From Vicinamibacteria bacterium (GTDB lineage: Bacteria; Acidobacteriota; Vicinamibacteria; Marinacidobacterales; Marinacidobacteraceae), in the NCBI GenBank assembly GCA_963555995.3, contig OY821641.1, positions 3,392,001 through 3,456,000 of the forward strand: a stretch of 64,000 nt of DNA, in the 5' to 3' direction. A program made the position numbers and the translations under genes. Positions 1-45,410 of the stretch are shown piece after piece; the stretch's first letter is position 1; the number at the start of each line of letters is the position of its first letter. The notes under the pieces are model-generated. The model searched no databases and was not told the origin of the DNA. It saw only the letters and a list, made by a program, of their open reading frames with translations.

Positions 1-35094
<35,094 letters not shown>

Positions 35095-35590
35095 ACCCCG
35101 GAAGGACGAACCGGGAATCTTCCGGTGGAGACCCTCGACCCGTGATGGAGAGGGTGTGGCCGCGGATGGCGCGGTCTCTTGTTCTTCGGTCTGCCGCGAA
35201 CCGGCCCTATCGGAGCCTCGCAAAACCGAACCCACCGCTGCTGTTACCCCGGCAAGCCATCATGGCACACCCCAGGAGCAAGCGCTACCACAGGCGAACT
35301 CCGGGCCGGAACGGCTCCGGGAACCCGGGGACGGACTCCGGATCAGATAATTCATCTTCGTGACAATTTCGCAGTTCGACCCAATTGTGTGCATGAAAAC
35401 CACACGATCCGCCCCGACCCACGGCACCGCCATCCTGGATTCGCGGGGTCTCCTCCAGGCTACGAAACGCGGATCCGGCAGGTCCACACGACCGCCCGGC
35501 GCCACGAGTTCCGGCTCGCCGGCCGGCAAATGGAGACCGGCAGTCCGCCCCCCCGTTGCCTCCGACGCTCGTCCCCCGCGGAGGTCGAGA

Positions 35591-36508
35591 TCAGGGAAGA
35601 ACCAGGCCGCATCTGGCCGCGAAGGCCCGAATCCGGGCTGCGCAGACGTCCGGTTTCTCGAGGAAGAGCAGGTGGGTCGCCTCCGGGATGAAGTCGTAGT
35701 CGCACTCGACGAGAACGCGCAGATTGAAGCTGGGAATGAACGAATAGGGCAGCGTCGGATCCGCCCCGAGCACTCGGACGGGACATTGCAGCCGCGTGAG
35801 CTCCACCACGACTCCGAAGGCGCTGACGTACTCGGCGATGTGCGCCTCGTACTCACGGGGACAGCGGAGCACCCAACCGCCGTCCGGCTCCTCCCCAAAC
35901 GTGCTTCGCCCCAGGAGCTCCCACCCACCGGCGACCGGCTTGAAGAACGTCCCTCCGACGACCTCCATCATCCAGACGAATTTCTCAAGACTCTCGAATC
36001 GAACCGTGCGACGCCGAGCACGGCGGGCCATCCAGGCGCCGCTGGCGTCCAGCCGCGCATACGTGATACCCGGTTTGCAGAGCGGCGGATCCAGCAGGAA
36101 GAGGCCTTCGTACCCCTTGGCGAGGGAGGGGGAGAGGCAGGCCGCGAGCGCCGAGGTGGAATGGAACACCCCGAGCGTCGGTTTCTGCCCAAAATGGCTC
36201 CGCACTTCGCCGGTGACGTAGTCAAGATCCTTCGCAAACTGCGGCACGTTGTGGCGCATCACGTTGCCTACGCCGTTCCAGCCGTGGTTTCGGAGGTCGA
36301 AGACCATGACATCGAACTCATCGAGCAACCTGCCCCAGACCAGGTAGTAGCTGTCCGCCGCGAATCCGTTTCCGTGGCTGAGCACGATCCGCGGACCATC
36401 CGGATTCCCGTGACGCCGCACCGTGACCCCGTCGCCATCGGGCAGCCGCACCTCATGAATGGCTGTCGGCGGCGGGACCGTGAAGGGCGGATCCGATACG
36501 AGGGTCAT
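35591..36508 (-). CDS. Alpha/beta-fold hydrolase, PKS-associated (SupD/SupE-like)
   Basis: SHGNG, FDLRNHG, nucleophile elbow variant VFHSTSA, LLDPP, C-terminal THLLFLEKP; co-oriented directly upstream of the PKS. Confidence 0.85.
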   Translation of the reverse strand: MTLVSDPPFTVPPPTAIHEVRLPDGDGVTVRRHGNPDGPRIVLSHGNGFAADSYYLVWGRLLDEFDVMVFDLRNHGWNGVGNVMRHNVPQFAKDLDYVTGEVRSHFGQKPTLGVFHSTSALAACLSPSLAKGYEGLFLLDPPLCKPGITYARLDASGAWMARRARRRTVRFESLEKFVWMMEVVGGTFFKPVAGGWELLGRSTFGEEPDGGWVLRCPREYEAHIAEYVSAFGVVVELTRLQCPVRVLGADPTLPYSFIPSFNLRVLVECDYDFIPEATHLLFLEKPDVCAARIRAFAARCGLVLP

Positions 36509-36763
36509 GCGCTCCCCGGGAGGCGGCGAACGCCGCAGCGCCCTACCGGCACGCGACCGTCCGACAGGACTCCGTGTTTCTCATGCGGAACCACCCGACA
36601 TGCGGGCGATTCCACCAACTCCGGCAGCGGGGGACGGATGATCGGCGAGCGGAACCCCGCCGCCCGTTCCCGGAGGACGTGGACTTGATCGCCACCGGGC
36701 GCCCGCGCGGGATGGCCCTCCCGCCTCCGTCTGTCCTGGTCCGGATGTTTCCGGACTGCCGGG

Positions 36764-37024
36764 TCAATCCGAATTGGGCCAGTCCGGATCAATAATGGCC
36801 ATCCAGTTGAACGCGGGCGGATCCTGGTCCGCGCTGGAGACCGCGAAGTCGTCGGCGCTGAGGTTGAGGCCGAACTCGGCATTGACGCTCGTCATCAATT
36901 CAGCTTGCTGAAGCGAAGAAAGCCCCAATGCATCATTGAGCTTCTCGACGTCGATGGTGGCGTTCGGGCCGATCTGCGCCACCAACAACTCGAAAAATCG
37001 TGCGACTCGTTCCTGTCTGGTCAC
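36764..37024 (-). CDS. Stand-alone acyl carrier protein (SupB-like), 86 aa
   Basis: AGGAGG 7 nt before GTG at 37024; LGLSSLQQAELMTSVNAEFGLNL resembles the phosphopantetheine site and helix II; acidic. Confidence 0.75.
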   Translation of the reverse strand: MTRQERVARFFELLVAQIGPNATIDVEKLNDALGLSSLQQAELMTSVNAEFGLNLSADDFAVSSADQDPPAFNWMAIIDPDWPNSD

Positions 37025-37312
37025 GGCAACACCTCCTGCATCTCGGGTGGATTCGTTGCGTTCTTCATGGGCGGTACCCTCTGCGACAGCACCGGAAGAG
37101 ATTCCCAAGCTGTCGTTAACAACATTAACAGTGTCACCAGCGAATCCTGGGAGCAAGACCCAATACGTACGAGCCCCCCTTGGGGGGAGGGACCGAGGAA
37201 ACGGCGCGGGTTGCGAGCGCTTTCCCCGAGGTCTCGCCGAGCGCGGCGACGAGATCCAGTCCGGTCCGGAAAACCGGCTCCGCTGGCCGGCGCCGCGAGG
37301 GAACCCCGCGCG

Positions 37313-40300
37313 TCAGACGCGAAGATCCGTCCGCCGCGGCGGCGATCCGGTAAGCCCGGCACCGGGCATCCGGCCGGCGCTCGCCAGGTCGTAGAGGACC
37401 GGCACCACAAAGAGGGTCACGAGCGTGGCGAACGCGACCCCGAATGCGAGCGACGTGGCCATCGTGACGAGCAGTTCGGCCTGGAAAGCCCGTTCGAGGA
37501 TCAGCGGCCCGACGCCCGCGCAGGTGGTGATCGTGGTGAGGACCACCGGGCGGAAACGCCGCGGCGCGGCCGACAGCGCCGCTTCCCGGGGAGACCGGCC
37601 GGCGCGGCGGCTCCGGTTCATGGAATCGAGCAACACCAAGGCGTCGTTCACCACGATGCCGACGAGCGGCGCCAGACCGAAGGCGCTCATGGGATCGAAA
37701 CGCAAACCGAGCAGCAGATGTCCGAACACGGCGCCGGCGAGACCGAAGGGCACCGCGGCCATGACGACGAACGGCTGGACGAAGGATCCGAGGGGCACCG
37801 CGAGGAGGACGTACACCACCATCACGGCCAACAGGAGGTTGCGCACCAGCACCGGGTTGGCCCTGGCGTGTTCGCCGGCGAGTCCGGTGATCTCGAAGCG
37901 GGCGTCGGGAAAGCGGTCCCGCAACTCGGGAAACACCCGGCGATGCGCTTCGGCGAGCACCGCCTCGGGGAGTGCGTGCGTGGAGTCCACGTTCGCAAAC
38001 ACCGTGGCCGCGCGCGCCGAATCCACCCGGCGGACCACGGAGTCCCCGCTGTCGCTCACGATCCGGGCCACTTCCCCAAGCGGTATCGCGGCGCCGTCCG
38101 GGCGGCGAACCGGGAGGGACGCCAACCCGAGAGCGCCGCCCGACTCCCCACGAGGAGCCCGGAGGACGATCCGCAGTTCCTCGCGGCCGCGCTGGACCCG
38201 GCGCACCTCCTCCCCATGAAATGTCTGACGAAGCTGCCTTCCCGCGGCGCCGGCGTCAAGGCCGAGACCCGCTCCTCCGGACCGGGTGCGCGCCACCAGT
38301 CCCGGCGCCACGGACTCGAAGTCGTCCCAGACGGATGTGACGCCGGGGAGGACCCGCAACCTTTCCGCCAAGGCGGTGGACGCGGCGCGGACCGTCCCGG
38401 GGCTGGGGCTGCGGACCCGGATGGAAACATCCGACTGCTGACCGAGGCCCTCGCCGACCACGGTCACGTTCGCACCGGCGGGCGCCGGCGGCATGCGGGC
38501 GCGCAGCCGATCGGCCACGTCCCGGTTCGTAAGGAACGGGCGGTCCGAAGGCGATGCGAGCCGCCAGGTGATCTGGCCGATCTCGGCGGCCGCACTCCCT
38601 CCCGTCGCGCCAAGGGACTCTCCCAGACCGAGCGGAAACTGCTGTCCGACCAGCACCGCGCGGCGTCGCTCCAAGTCCACGCCGAACTCGGTTCTGATCT
38701 CCTCCCGGAAGCGGTCCACCACTCCGTTGAGGCCGGCGATCACGTCGCGCGTCGCCTCCGGCGGGGAGCCCGGGGGAAGCCGTACCAGAACGTGAACCGT
38801 ATTGTCTTCGAGGGGCACCTGCGTCACGACCGGGACCCAGCCCCCGGCGAGCAGCCCGACCGCCAGAGCGAGCGAGGAAACGGCGATCCCCAAGGTCATG
38901 AGGCGATGGGCGAGCGTCCACCGGAGCGCCGGACGGTAGATGCGGCGCACCGCGGCGTCGAAGCCGCGGCGGCATGACGCCCGCACCCGCGCGAGCCCGC
39001 GGTTCGGGCGCACCGGGAGACCCCCCTGCGCCAGGTGGTGGGGCAGGACCCAGGCCACCTCCAACAGGGAAAACGCCAGGACCGGAATGACGACCCGGGG
39101 CAGATCGGCGACGAGTTCACCGAAGACGCCCGGGATGCCGAGGAGCGGGGCGAAGGTCACCATCGTGGTGAGCACCCCGAAGGCGGCGGGGAAGAACACC
39201 TGCCGCGTACCGCGGATCGCGGCCTCTTCCGCTCCGTCGCCGCCAGCCTCGATCCGGTGCTGGATGCTCTCGCCCACCACGATGGCGTCATCCACCACGA
39301 CGCCGAGGGCCATGATGAAGCCGAACAGGCTGACCATGTTGAGGGTAATCCCGAGTCCGGGCATCAACAGGAAGGCGCCGAAGAACGTGAAGGGCAGTCC
39401 GGCCGTCGTCCAGACGGCGAGACGGGTCGAGAGGGTGAAGAACAGCACCAGGAAGATGAGGCCCAGACCCAGCAATCCGTTCCGGATCATCAGCGCCAGG
39501 CGGTCCGTGAACACCTCGGCGGCGGAGTACCACGGAGTTGCGGTGAGTCCGTCGGGCAGCGGGAGATTCCGAACCACCGTCACGACCCGGTCCGTCGTCT
39601 CCCGCAGGCGACCTCCCTCCGGGAGACCCACCGTCAGGAAGACGGCGGGCTCGCCGTCCATCCAGGCCTGCCGTCCGGTGACGTCGAAGCCGTCCTTCAC
39701 GGCGCCCACGTCGCCCACCCGGACCACGCCCCCGTCCGGAGCGACGATCAACGGAATCCGTGCAACATCTCCGGCGCGCGCCGCGGCGCCTTCGCTGCGC
39801 ACCCGGAGTCTGCTCGTTCCGCTCCGCATCGCGCCGGCCGGGACGTCCGCAGTCGCCTCCCGAAGGGCGGCCGCCACCCGGTCGAAGGTCAGCCCGAACC
39901 GGGTCAGGTTCTCCTGAGGGATCTCGATCGCCATCTCGAAATCCCGGCCGGTGAGCCGTTCTGCGCCCAACACCCCGGGAACGGCCGTCACGGCGTCCTG
40001 CACCAGCCGGGCCGCTTCCCGCAGGCTTCGTTCGTCGGTGCGCCCGTGCACCGCGATCCGCAGGATCTCGCGTGATGCCGTTACCTCGGACACCACCGGA
40101 TCCTCCGCAGCCGCCGGGAGAGTCTGGAGCGACGCGACGCGCTCCCGCACGATGTCACCGACCCGCCGCGCGTCGGCGTCTCCATCGAGCACGAGCAGGA
40201 ACACCGCCGCTCCGTCCGTGGCGACCCCGCTCGTTTCGGTGACTCCCGCGATCCCCTGCAGGGCTTCCTCCAGACCGAGCAGGACCCGTTCTTCGACGAG

Positions 40301-40510
40301 GGTTGCCTCGGCCCCCGGAAGCGCCACACCGACACGGATGGCCGACGGCGTCGTCTCCGGGATGAGCTGGTGGGGAATCTCTCCCAGCGTGAGGTAACCG
40401 GCCAGGCAGACGCCGAAGAAGACGAGGTTCGCCGCCACCCGGTTCCTGACGAACCAGGCAATCACCCCGCTCGAACGACCACTTCCGCCCGCGGGCGGTT
40501 CCGCCGTCAC
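37313..40510 (-). CDS. RND-family (AcrB/AcrD/AcrF) efflux permease
   Basis: 1065 aa; WFVRNRVAAN, LGVVVDDAIVVGE, GIVVNDALVL, RFRPVVLTT; two hydrophobic TM clusters. Confidence 0.92.
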   Translation of the reverse strand: MTAEPPAGGSGRSSGVIAWFVRNRVAANLVFFGVCLAGYLTLGEIPHQLIPETTPSAIRVGVALPGAEATLVEERVLLGLEEALQGIAGVTETSGVATDGAAVFLLVLDGDADARRVGDIVRERVASLQTLPAAAEDPVVSEVTASREILRIAVHGRTDERSLREAARLVQDAVTAVPGVLGAERLTGRDFEMAIEIPQENLTRFGLTFDRVAAALREATADVPAGAMRSGTSRLRVRSEGAAARAGDVARIPLIVAPDGGVVRVGDVGAVKDGFDVTGRQAWMDGEPAVFLTVGLPEGGRLRETTDRVVTVVRNLPLPDGLTATPWYSAAEVFTDRLALMIRNGLLGLGLIFLVLFFTLSTRLAVWTTAGLPFTFFGAFLLMPGLGITLNMVSLFGFIMALGVVVDDAIVVGESIQHRIEAGGDGAEEAAIRGTRQVFFPAAFGVLTTMVTFAPLLGIPGVFGELVADLPRVVIPVLAFSLLEVAWVLPHHLAQGGLPVRPNRGLARVRASCRRGFDAAVRRIYRPALRWTLAHRLMTLGIAVSSLALAVGLLAGGWVPVVTQVPLEDNTVHVLVRLPPGSPPEATRDVIAGLNGVVDRFREEIRTEFGVDLERRRAVLVGQQFPLGLGESLGATGGSAAAEIGQITWRLASPSDRPFLTNRDVADRLRARMPPAPAGANVTVVGEGLGQQSDVSIRVRSPSPGTVRAASTALAERLRVLPGVTSVWDDFESVAPGLVARTRSGGAGLGLDAGAAGRQLRQTFHGEEVRRVQRGREELRIVLRAPRGESGGALGLASLPVRRPDGAAIPLGEVARIVSDSGDSVVRRVDSARAATVFANVDSTHALPEAVLAEAHRRVFPELRDRFPDARFEITGLAGEHARANPVLVRNLLLAVMVVYVLLAVPLGSFVQPFVVMAAVPFGLAGAVFGHLLLGLRFDPMSAFGLAPLVGIVVNDALVLLDSMNRSRRAGRSPREAALSAAPRRFRPVVLTTITTCAGVGPLILERAFQAELLVTMATSLAFGVAFATLVTLFVVPVLYDLASAGRMPGAGLTGSPPRRTDLRV

Positions 40511-40688
40511 GCCGCCGACCGCGCCGGTGTCCGGCAGCGGAGGTCCGGCGCCGACGCGCGCGAAGACGCACGAGCCGGCACCGACGACGACCGTACCAAG
40601 GTTGACCCGGTTGACATGGTCGAAAACAGGAACGTGGAACGAGTGTACCGGGCGCCCGGCGCCGCCCAGCGGACTCCCAACGCCTCGA

Positions 40689-41843
40689 TCAGCGGCCCAG
40701 CACCGCGGTCAGAGCGGCTGCCACTTCGTCCACCTGGGCCTCGGTGATCACGAGCGGGGGCAGCAGCCGGATCACGGTGGACCCGGCCGGCAGCGCCAGC
40801 ACCCCGTTCGCCATCAGCCGCTCCAGCGTGGGGCGGCATCGCTCCCGCAGCTCGATCCCGATCATCAGGCCCAACTGCCGCACGGCCCGCACCCGAGCGG
40901 GGGGCTGCAGGGAGAAGCGTTTGCGGAACCGGGCGCCGCGCCGCTCCGCGCGCTCGGCCAGCCGTTCGTCCTCCATGAACCGGATGGCGGCGAGCGCCGC
41001 CGCGCACGCCAGGGGGTTGCCCCCGAAGGTGGTGCCGTGCTTGCCGACGAGCGGCGGCAGCCGTTCGCCCGCGAGCACCGCGCCCATCGGCACCCCGCCG
41101 GCGATGGCCTTGGCCACGCACATGAGGTCCGGCTCGACCTCGTAGCGTTCGCAGGCGAACATCCGGCCGGTGCGGCAAAAACCCGTCTGCGATTCGTCCA
41201 GGATGAGCATGGCGCCCGCTTCGTCGCAGGCGGCGCGAACGGCCTGGAGATACTCCGGCTCGGCGGGCCGCACGCCGCCCTCCCCCTGCACCGGTTCCAG
41301 CAGCACCGCCGCCGTGTCCTCGCCGACCGCGGCGCGCAGCTTCCCGGCGTCGCCGAACGGCGCGAAGGAAAAGCCGGGGACCAGCGGCGCGAAGGGTTCG
41401 CGGTAGTCCTTCCTGAACGTCGCGCTGAGGGCGCCCATGGTGCGGCCGTGGAAGCCGCGCATCGCGGAGACGATCCCCGTGCGGCCGGTGGCGAGACGGG
41501 CGAACTTGAGGGCCGCTTCCACCGCTTCGGCTCCCGAGTTGCAGAGGAAGGCCCGGGTGAGCCCCCGCGGTGCGATGGAAACGAGCTTCTCGAGGAGCTC
41601 GGCCCGGCGGTCGTTGTAGAAGATGCCGGGGCAGGTCACCAGGGTCCGCGCCTGGTCGCTGATCGCCTGCGCCACCGCGGGATTGGCGTGCCCGACGCTC
41701 GCCACGCCGATCCCGCCCACGCAGTCGAGATAGCGGCGTCCCCGGTCGTCCCAAACCTCGGCGCCGCTGCCGCGCACCAGCGTCAGGTCCCGCTTGGGAT
41801 AGACCTCGAGCCCCCGGGTCCGCTCGACCTCCTGGAAGTTCAC
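40689..41843 (-). CDS. lysJ: [LysW]-aminoadipate semialdehyde transaminase (class III PLP aminotransferase)
   Basis: [48 protein letters not shown]; operon context. Confidence 0.9.
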   Translation of the reverse strand: MNFQEVERTRGLEVYPKRDLTLVRGSGAEVWDDRGRRYLDCVGGIGVASVGHANPAVAQAISDQARTLVTCPGIFYNDRRAELLEKLVSIAPRGLTRAFLCNSGAEAVEAALKFARLATGRTGIVSAMRGFHGRTMGALSATFRKDYREPFAPLVPGFSFAPFGDAGKLRAAVGEDTAAVLLEPVQGEGGVRPAEPEYLQAVRAACDEAGAMLILDESQTGFCRTGRMFACERYEVEPDLMCVAKAIAGGVPMGAVLAGERLPPLVGKHGTTFGGNPLACAAALAAIRFMEDERLAERAERRGARFRKRFSLQPPARVRAVRQLGLMIGIELRERCRPTLERLMANGVLALPAGSTVIRLLPPLVITEAQVDEVAAALTAVLGR

Positions 41844-42649
41844 TCGATCACCGTCCCCCGTCCCGCGAGCGCGTCCCGGAGGGGGTGCTCCCCGCGCCCG
41901 TCGGCGATCACCACCCGGGTGCCGCCCGTCGCGACCAGCCGCTTGAGGGCCAGCATCTTCCGCTTCATGCGTCCCGAGACCTGCGCTTCGCGCCGTTCCA
42001 CCTCGGCGCGGGACATCCGGGGGACGATCGAGGCGGGGTCGTCCGGGTCTTCCAGAAAACCGGGGGCTTCGATCAACTGGACGACCAGCTCGGCGCGGAG
42101 TGCGTCGTTGAGGACCGTCAGGATGTCGTCGTTCTCCGAATTGATGGCAGCGCCCTGCTCGTCGAGGATGGGGACCGTCAGGACCGGCGCCAGCCCGCGG
42201 TCAAGCAGGAGGCGCAGCAGCCCCGCATCCACCTCCGCCGGCTTGCCCGACAGGTCGCGCCGGATCAGGGTCTTGCCCCCCTCCCGGATGCGGATGCCGC
42301 GATTCCGGCGGCCCCGGATCAGGGCGCCGTCGAGGCCGGTGAGGCCGATGGCGTTCACCCCGCGCCGCTGGAACATCTCCACGATCCGCTTGTTCCTGAG
42401 GCCGGCGTAGGCCATGAGGATGAGGTCCACCGCCTCGGCGTCGGAGTACACGCTGTCGTAGCCGGAGACCGAGGTGAGCACCTGCTTCCGGATGCCGAGG
42501 CGCTCCCCCAGTTCGTCGCGCAGCGCGTTGGCGCCGTGGACGACCACGAACGGCTTCCCGATTCCCGCGAGATCGCCGGTGATCCCCTCCAGGTTGACCG
42601 ACGCGCCCCCGCCGATCTTGATCAGGAGCACGGTGTCACGCGGTGTCAC
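41840..42649 (-). CDS. lysZ: [LysW]-aminoadipate kinase (start GTG 42649 or 42631)
   Basis: LLIKIGGG, VVHGAN, GLTGLDG, INSEND, GRMKRK; amino-acid kinase family. Confidence 0.88.
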   Translation of the reverse strand: MTPRDTVLLIKIGGGASVNLEGITGDLAGIGKPFVVVHGANALRDELGERLGIRKQVLTSVSGYDSVYSDAEAVDLILMAYAGLRNKRIVEMFQRRGVNAIGLTGLDGALIRGRRNRGIRIREGGKTLIRRDLSGKPAEVDAGLLRLLLDRGLAPVLTVPILDEQGAAINSENDDILTVLNDALRAELVVQLIEAPGFLEDPDDPASIVPRMSRAEVERREAQVSGRMKRKMLALKRLVATGGTRVVIADGRGEHPLRDALAGRGTVIE

Positions 42650-43304
42650 GTCCGGAGCCGAACGGGCTGATGGTCCCGTTCGGGACGGGCGTCCACCCGG
42701 CGGGGCCGGCCGGCGGCGGATACCTCTCCGAGCAGAGGACGCTCGCGCCGCCGACGGTGGCGCGGCGCATCTGGAAGTAGTCGGGGTCCTCGTTGAAGCG
42801 GCTCGCCACGGTGACGCGGAACGAGGCATCGGTGACGACGACGTTCATGGCCCGCAGGTAGCGGGTGCGTTTCTCGATCAGCGGGAGGCCCCGTTCGAGG
42901 GCGCGGCGCAGGTCGCCGCGGTCGAACCGCTTCACGAAGTTGAAGACCTTTTCGGCCCCGATCCGGCCGCGTTCCCGGATTCGCACCCCGCGGAGTTCGC
43001 CGTTGAAGAGGAACATCCGCTCCCCGTCGAAGAAGGGCATGTTGTTCGCCACCCGGATCCCTTCGTTGCGGAAGGCGCTCCGGGCGTGCGCGAGCAGGAG
43101 GCGGGTGCGGCCCCGGGGCCGGTGGCGGTCTTCCCAGATCGGGGTGATGTTGCGGTAGATCCGCCAGCGGCCCGCTTCGAGCCAGGCGCAGCCCCAGCCG
43201 TGTCCCTGGAACTCGCGGCTGTTCCTCGCGACCTCGGTGAACGCCTCCAGGTGTTCTCCCAGGTCGAACGGTTCGTCGCCGCGGACGCAGAGCAGCCGGC
43301 ACAT
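42636..43304 (-). CDS. Class II glutamine amidotransferase / Ntn-hydrolase (EgtC/YafJ-like)
   Basis: N-terminal MCRLL (Cys1 nucleophile), HGWG, LAHAR, NNMPF, FNGEL, CSE. Confidence 0.85.
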   Translation of the reverse strand: MCRLLCVRGDEPFDLGEHLEAFTEVARNSREFQGHGWGCAWLEAGRWRIYRNITPIWEDRHRPRGRTRLLLAHARSAFRNEGIRVANNMPFFDGERMFLFNGELRGVRIRERGRIGAEKVFNFVKRFDRGDLRRALERGLPLIEKRTRYLRAMNVVVTDASFRVTVASRFNEDPDYFQMRRATVGGASVLCSERYPPPAGPAGWTPVPNGTISPFGSGRDTA

Positions 43305-43335
43305 GGGGGGATTCTGTCGCTGCGGGGACCGGTCG

Positions 43336-44361
43336 TCAGATGGGATGGAGACCCGCGAACTCGAGTCCCAGCGTCTCCTCGAACCCGCACGCCAGGTTGA
43401 ACGCGTGGACCGCCTGCCCCGCGGCGCCCTTCATCAGGTTGTCGAGGGCGCTCATCGCCACCACCCGCTTCGTGTCCGGGTCCCGTTCGAACCCCACGTC
43501 GCAGGTGTTCGTGCCCGCGAGGATCCCGGGTTCGGGATAGCGGTGAATTCCGCTCCGGCCCTTCACGATCCGCACGAAGGGCTCCCCGGCGTAGGCGTCG
43601 CGGTAGATCCGCCACAGCTCCCGGTCGTCGAGGCCGCGGTCCGCGAAGACGTGACAGGTGGCAAGCACCCCGCGCACCATCTCGATCGAGGTGGCGGAGA
43701 AGTGGAGGTCCTCCACGCCGAGCGCTGCCGCGATCTCCCCCAGATGACGGTGCCCGGTGGGCCTGAACGCCCGGGCGGCGCCGCTGCGTTCCGGGTGATG
43801 GCTCGCCGCGGTCGCCTGGTTGCCGGCTTCGCTGGAGCCGACCAGCACCTCGATGACCGCCGATTGGACCACTCCCGCGTCGCACAGCGGCTTCATGGCG
43901 AGAATGGCGGCCGTCGCGTTACAGCCGGCGCAGGCCACCAGATCCGCGTCGCGGAGCGCCTCCCGGTTCAACTCCGGGATTCCGTAGACGAAGCGGCCCA
44001 GGAGGTCCGGGCAGGGGTGCGGCCCGCCGTACCAGCGCTCGTAGGCGGCGGGGTCCCGCAGCCGGAAGTCGGCGCCCAGGTCCACGATCCGCCCGGCGAC
44101 CCGGCGGAAGTCATCCATCCGGCGGGCCGACTCGCCGTGGGGAAGACAGACGAAGAGCGCGTCGCAGCCGGAGAGCTCGTCCAGCGGGCGGAAGCGGAGC
44201 CGGGTGGCGCCGCGCAGGTTCGGGTGCGCGCCGTGGGCGAACTTCCCGGCCAGGCGCTCGGAGGTGATCTCGGCCACCTCGACCTCCGGATGGCCGAGCA
44301 GCAGGCGCAGCAGTTCGCCGCCCGCGTAGCCGGAGGCGCCGGCGATGGAGGCCCGGATCAT
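43336..44361 (-). CDS. lysY: [LysW]-aminoadipyl-phosphate reductase (ArgC family)
   Basis: [42 protein letters not shown]. Confidence 0.92.
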   Translation of the reverse strand: MIRASIAGASGYAGGELLRLLLGHPEVEVAEITSERLAGKFAHGAHPNLRGATRLRFRPLDELSGCDALFVCLPHGESARRMDDFRRVAGRIVDLGADFRLRDPAAYERWYGGPHPCPDLLGRFVYGIPELNREALRDADLVACAGCNATAAILAMKPLCDAGVVQSAVIEVLVGSSEAGNQATAASHHPERSGAARAFRPTGHRHLGEIAAALGVEDLHFSATSIEMVRGVLATCHVFADRGLDDRELWRIYRDAYAGEPFVRIVKGRSGIHRYPEPGILAGTNTCDVGFERDPDTKRVVAMSALDNLMKGAAGQAVHAFNLACGFEETLGLEFAGLHPI

Positions 44362-45194
44362 GGGTCCGCGGAAAGGAGGTAGGACACGATCCGTCCCGGG
44401 ATGTCAACGCCGGTGACCCCGATGCTGTTGCGGAACTCCATCGTGTAGTTGACCTCGTTGACGAGCAGCCCGTCAGCGGTCTCGAAGAGGTCCACGGCGA
44501 GGACGCCGCCGCCCACCGCCTCCGCGGCCCGGAGCGACAGCTCGGCGAGGTCGGCGGTCACCGGGCGGTTGGAAGTCGTCGCTCCCCGCGCGGTGTTCGT
44601 GATCCAGTGGTCCGAGGTCCGATAGACGGCGGCGATGCACTCGTCCCCGACCACGAAGCTGCGGATGTCCCGGCCGCCCTTCTCCACGTACTTCTGGGCG
44701 AAGAAGATGGAGTGGTGGTAGCTGCCGAGGATCGCCTTGTGCTCCAGCACCGTCTCCGCCGCCTGCCGGTCGTTGATCCGGGAGAGCAGCCGCCCCCAGG
44801 AGCCGACCGCCGGCTTCAGCACCACCGGGTAGCCGAGTTCCTCGATGGCTTCGAGGCTGGAGTCTTCGGTGAACGCAACCCGGGTTTCCGGTTGCGGCAC
44901 TCCGAACTCCGAGAGTGCGACCGCGGTCAGGATTTTGTCGCCGCACTTCCGCGAGACCTCGTAGCGGTTGACGCACCGGATGCCCATGCTCTCGAAGAGC
45001 CGCAGGGCGTGCATCGCGCGGGAGTGGTTGATGGAACGCTCCAGGATGACGTCCACCGCGGGCGGAGTCCGCAGGTCGAACACCAGCTGCCGGTCGTCGA
45101 GGAGGACCAGCTCGACTCCGGGGCGCCTCCGCAACTCCCGGATGAGGAGCTTTTCTTCCGGACGGATCAGCGAATGAAGGAACCCGACCCTCAT
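44358..45194 (-). CDS. lysX: Alpha-aminoadipate--LysW ligase (RimK/ATP-grasp)
   Basis: [31 protein letters not shown] (TM signature as in LysX, not ArgX); ATG at 45194 overlaps the lysW stop (ATGA). Confidence 0.92.
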   Translation of the reverse strand: MRVGFLHSLIRPEEKLLIRELRRRPGVELVLLDDRQLVFDLRTPPAVDVILERSINHSRAMHALRLFESMGIRCVNRYEVSRKCGDKILTAVALSEFGVPQPETRVAFTEDSSLEAIEELGYPVVLKPAVGSWGRLLSRINDRQAAETVLEHKAILGSYHHSIFFAQKYVEKGGRDIRSFVVGDECIAAVYRTSDHWITNTARGATTSNRPVTADLAELSLRAAEAVGGGVLAVDLFETADGLLVNEVNYTMEFRNSIGVTGVDIPGRIVSYLLSADP

Positions 45195-45355
45195 TCGCCC
45201 CAATCCTCTTCGGCGGCCGGAGCCTCACCCAGGGCGACCGGATCGAGCGCCAGGATCTCGAGTTCACTGCCGCATTCTGCGCACTCGAAGACTTCGCCCT
45301 CGACGGGGTCGTCGGAGATCTCGACGGCAGCGCCGCACAGCGGGCAATCGGTCAT
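45191..45355 (-). CDS. lysW: Amino-group carrier protein LysW, 54 aa (not in ORF track)
   Basis: Hand translation [54 protein letters not shown]: two CxxC motifs and C-terminal EDWGE. Confidence 0.96.
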   Translation of the reverse strand: MTDCPLCGAAVEISDDPVEGEVFECAECGSELEILALDPVALGEAPAAEEDWGE

Positions 45356-45410
45356 CGCTTCCCCCGGGGCTCCCCGAAACGGGGCGCAATGTACCCGATC
45401 CCCCGCCGGA

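Noticed and set aside
37111-37137. AT-rich TTAACA direct repeat upstream of the ACP gene (also the AT-rich patch at 35340-35400)
   Set aside because: Plausible promoter or operator but too short to assign.
40507-40617. 36-codon ORF whose stop overlaps the RND start (GTGA)
   Set aside because: No RBS or recognisable motif; cannot be distinguished from chance.
40689-45355. Idea that the LysW genes are a secondary-metabolite carrier system feeding the PKS, or an arginine operon
   Set aside because: Canonical lysWXYZJ set with the LysX TM signature; no adenylation or aminotransferase domain in the visible PKS and no transketolase-type tailoring genes.
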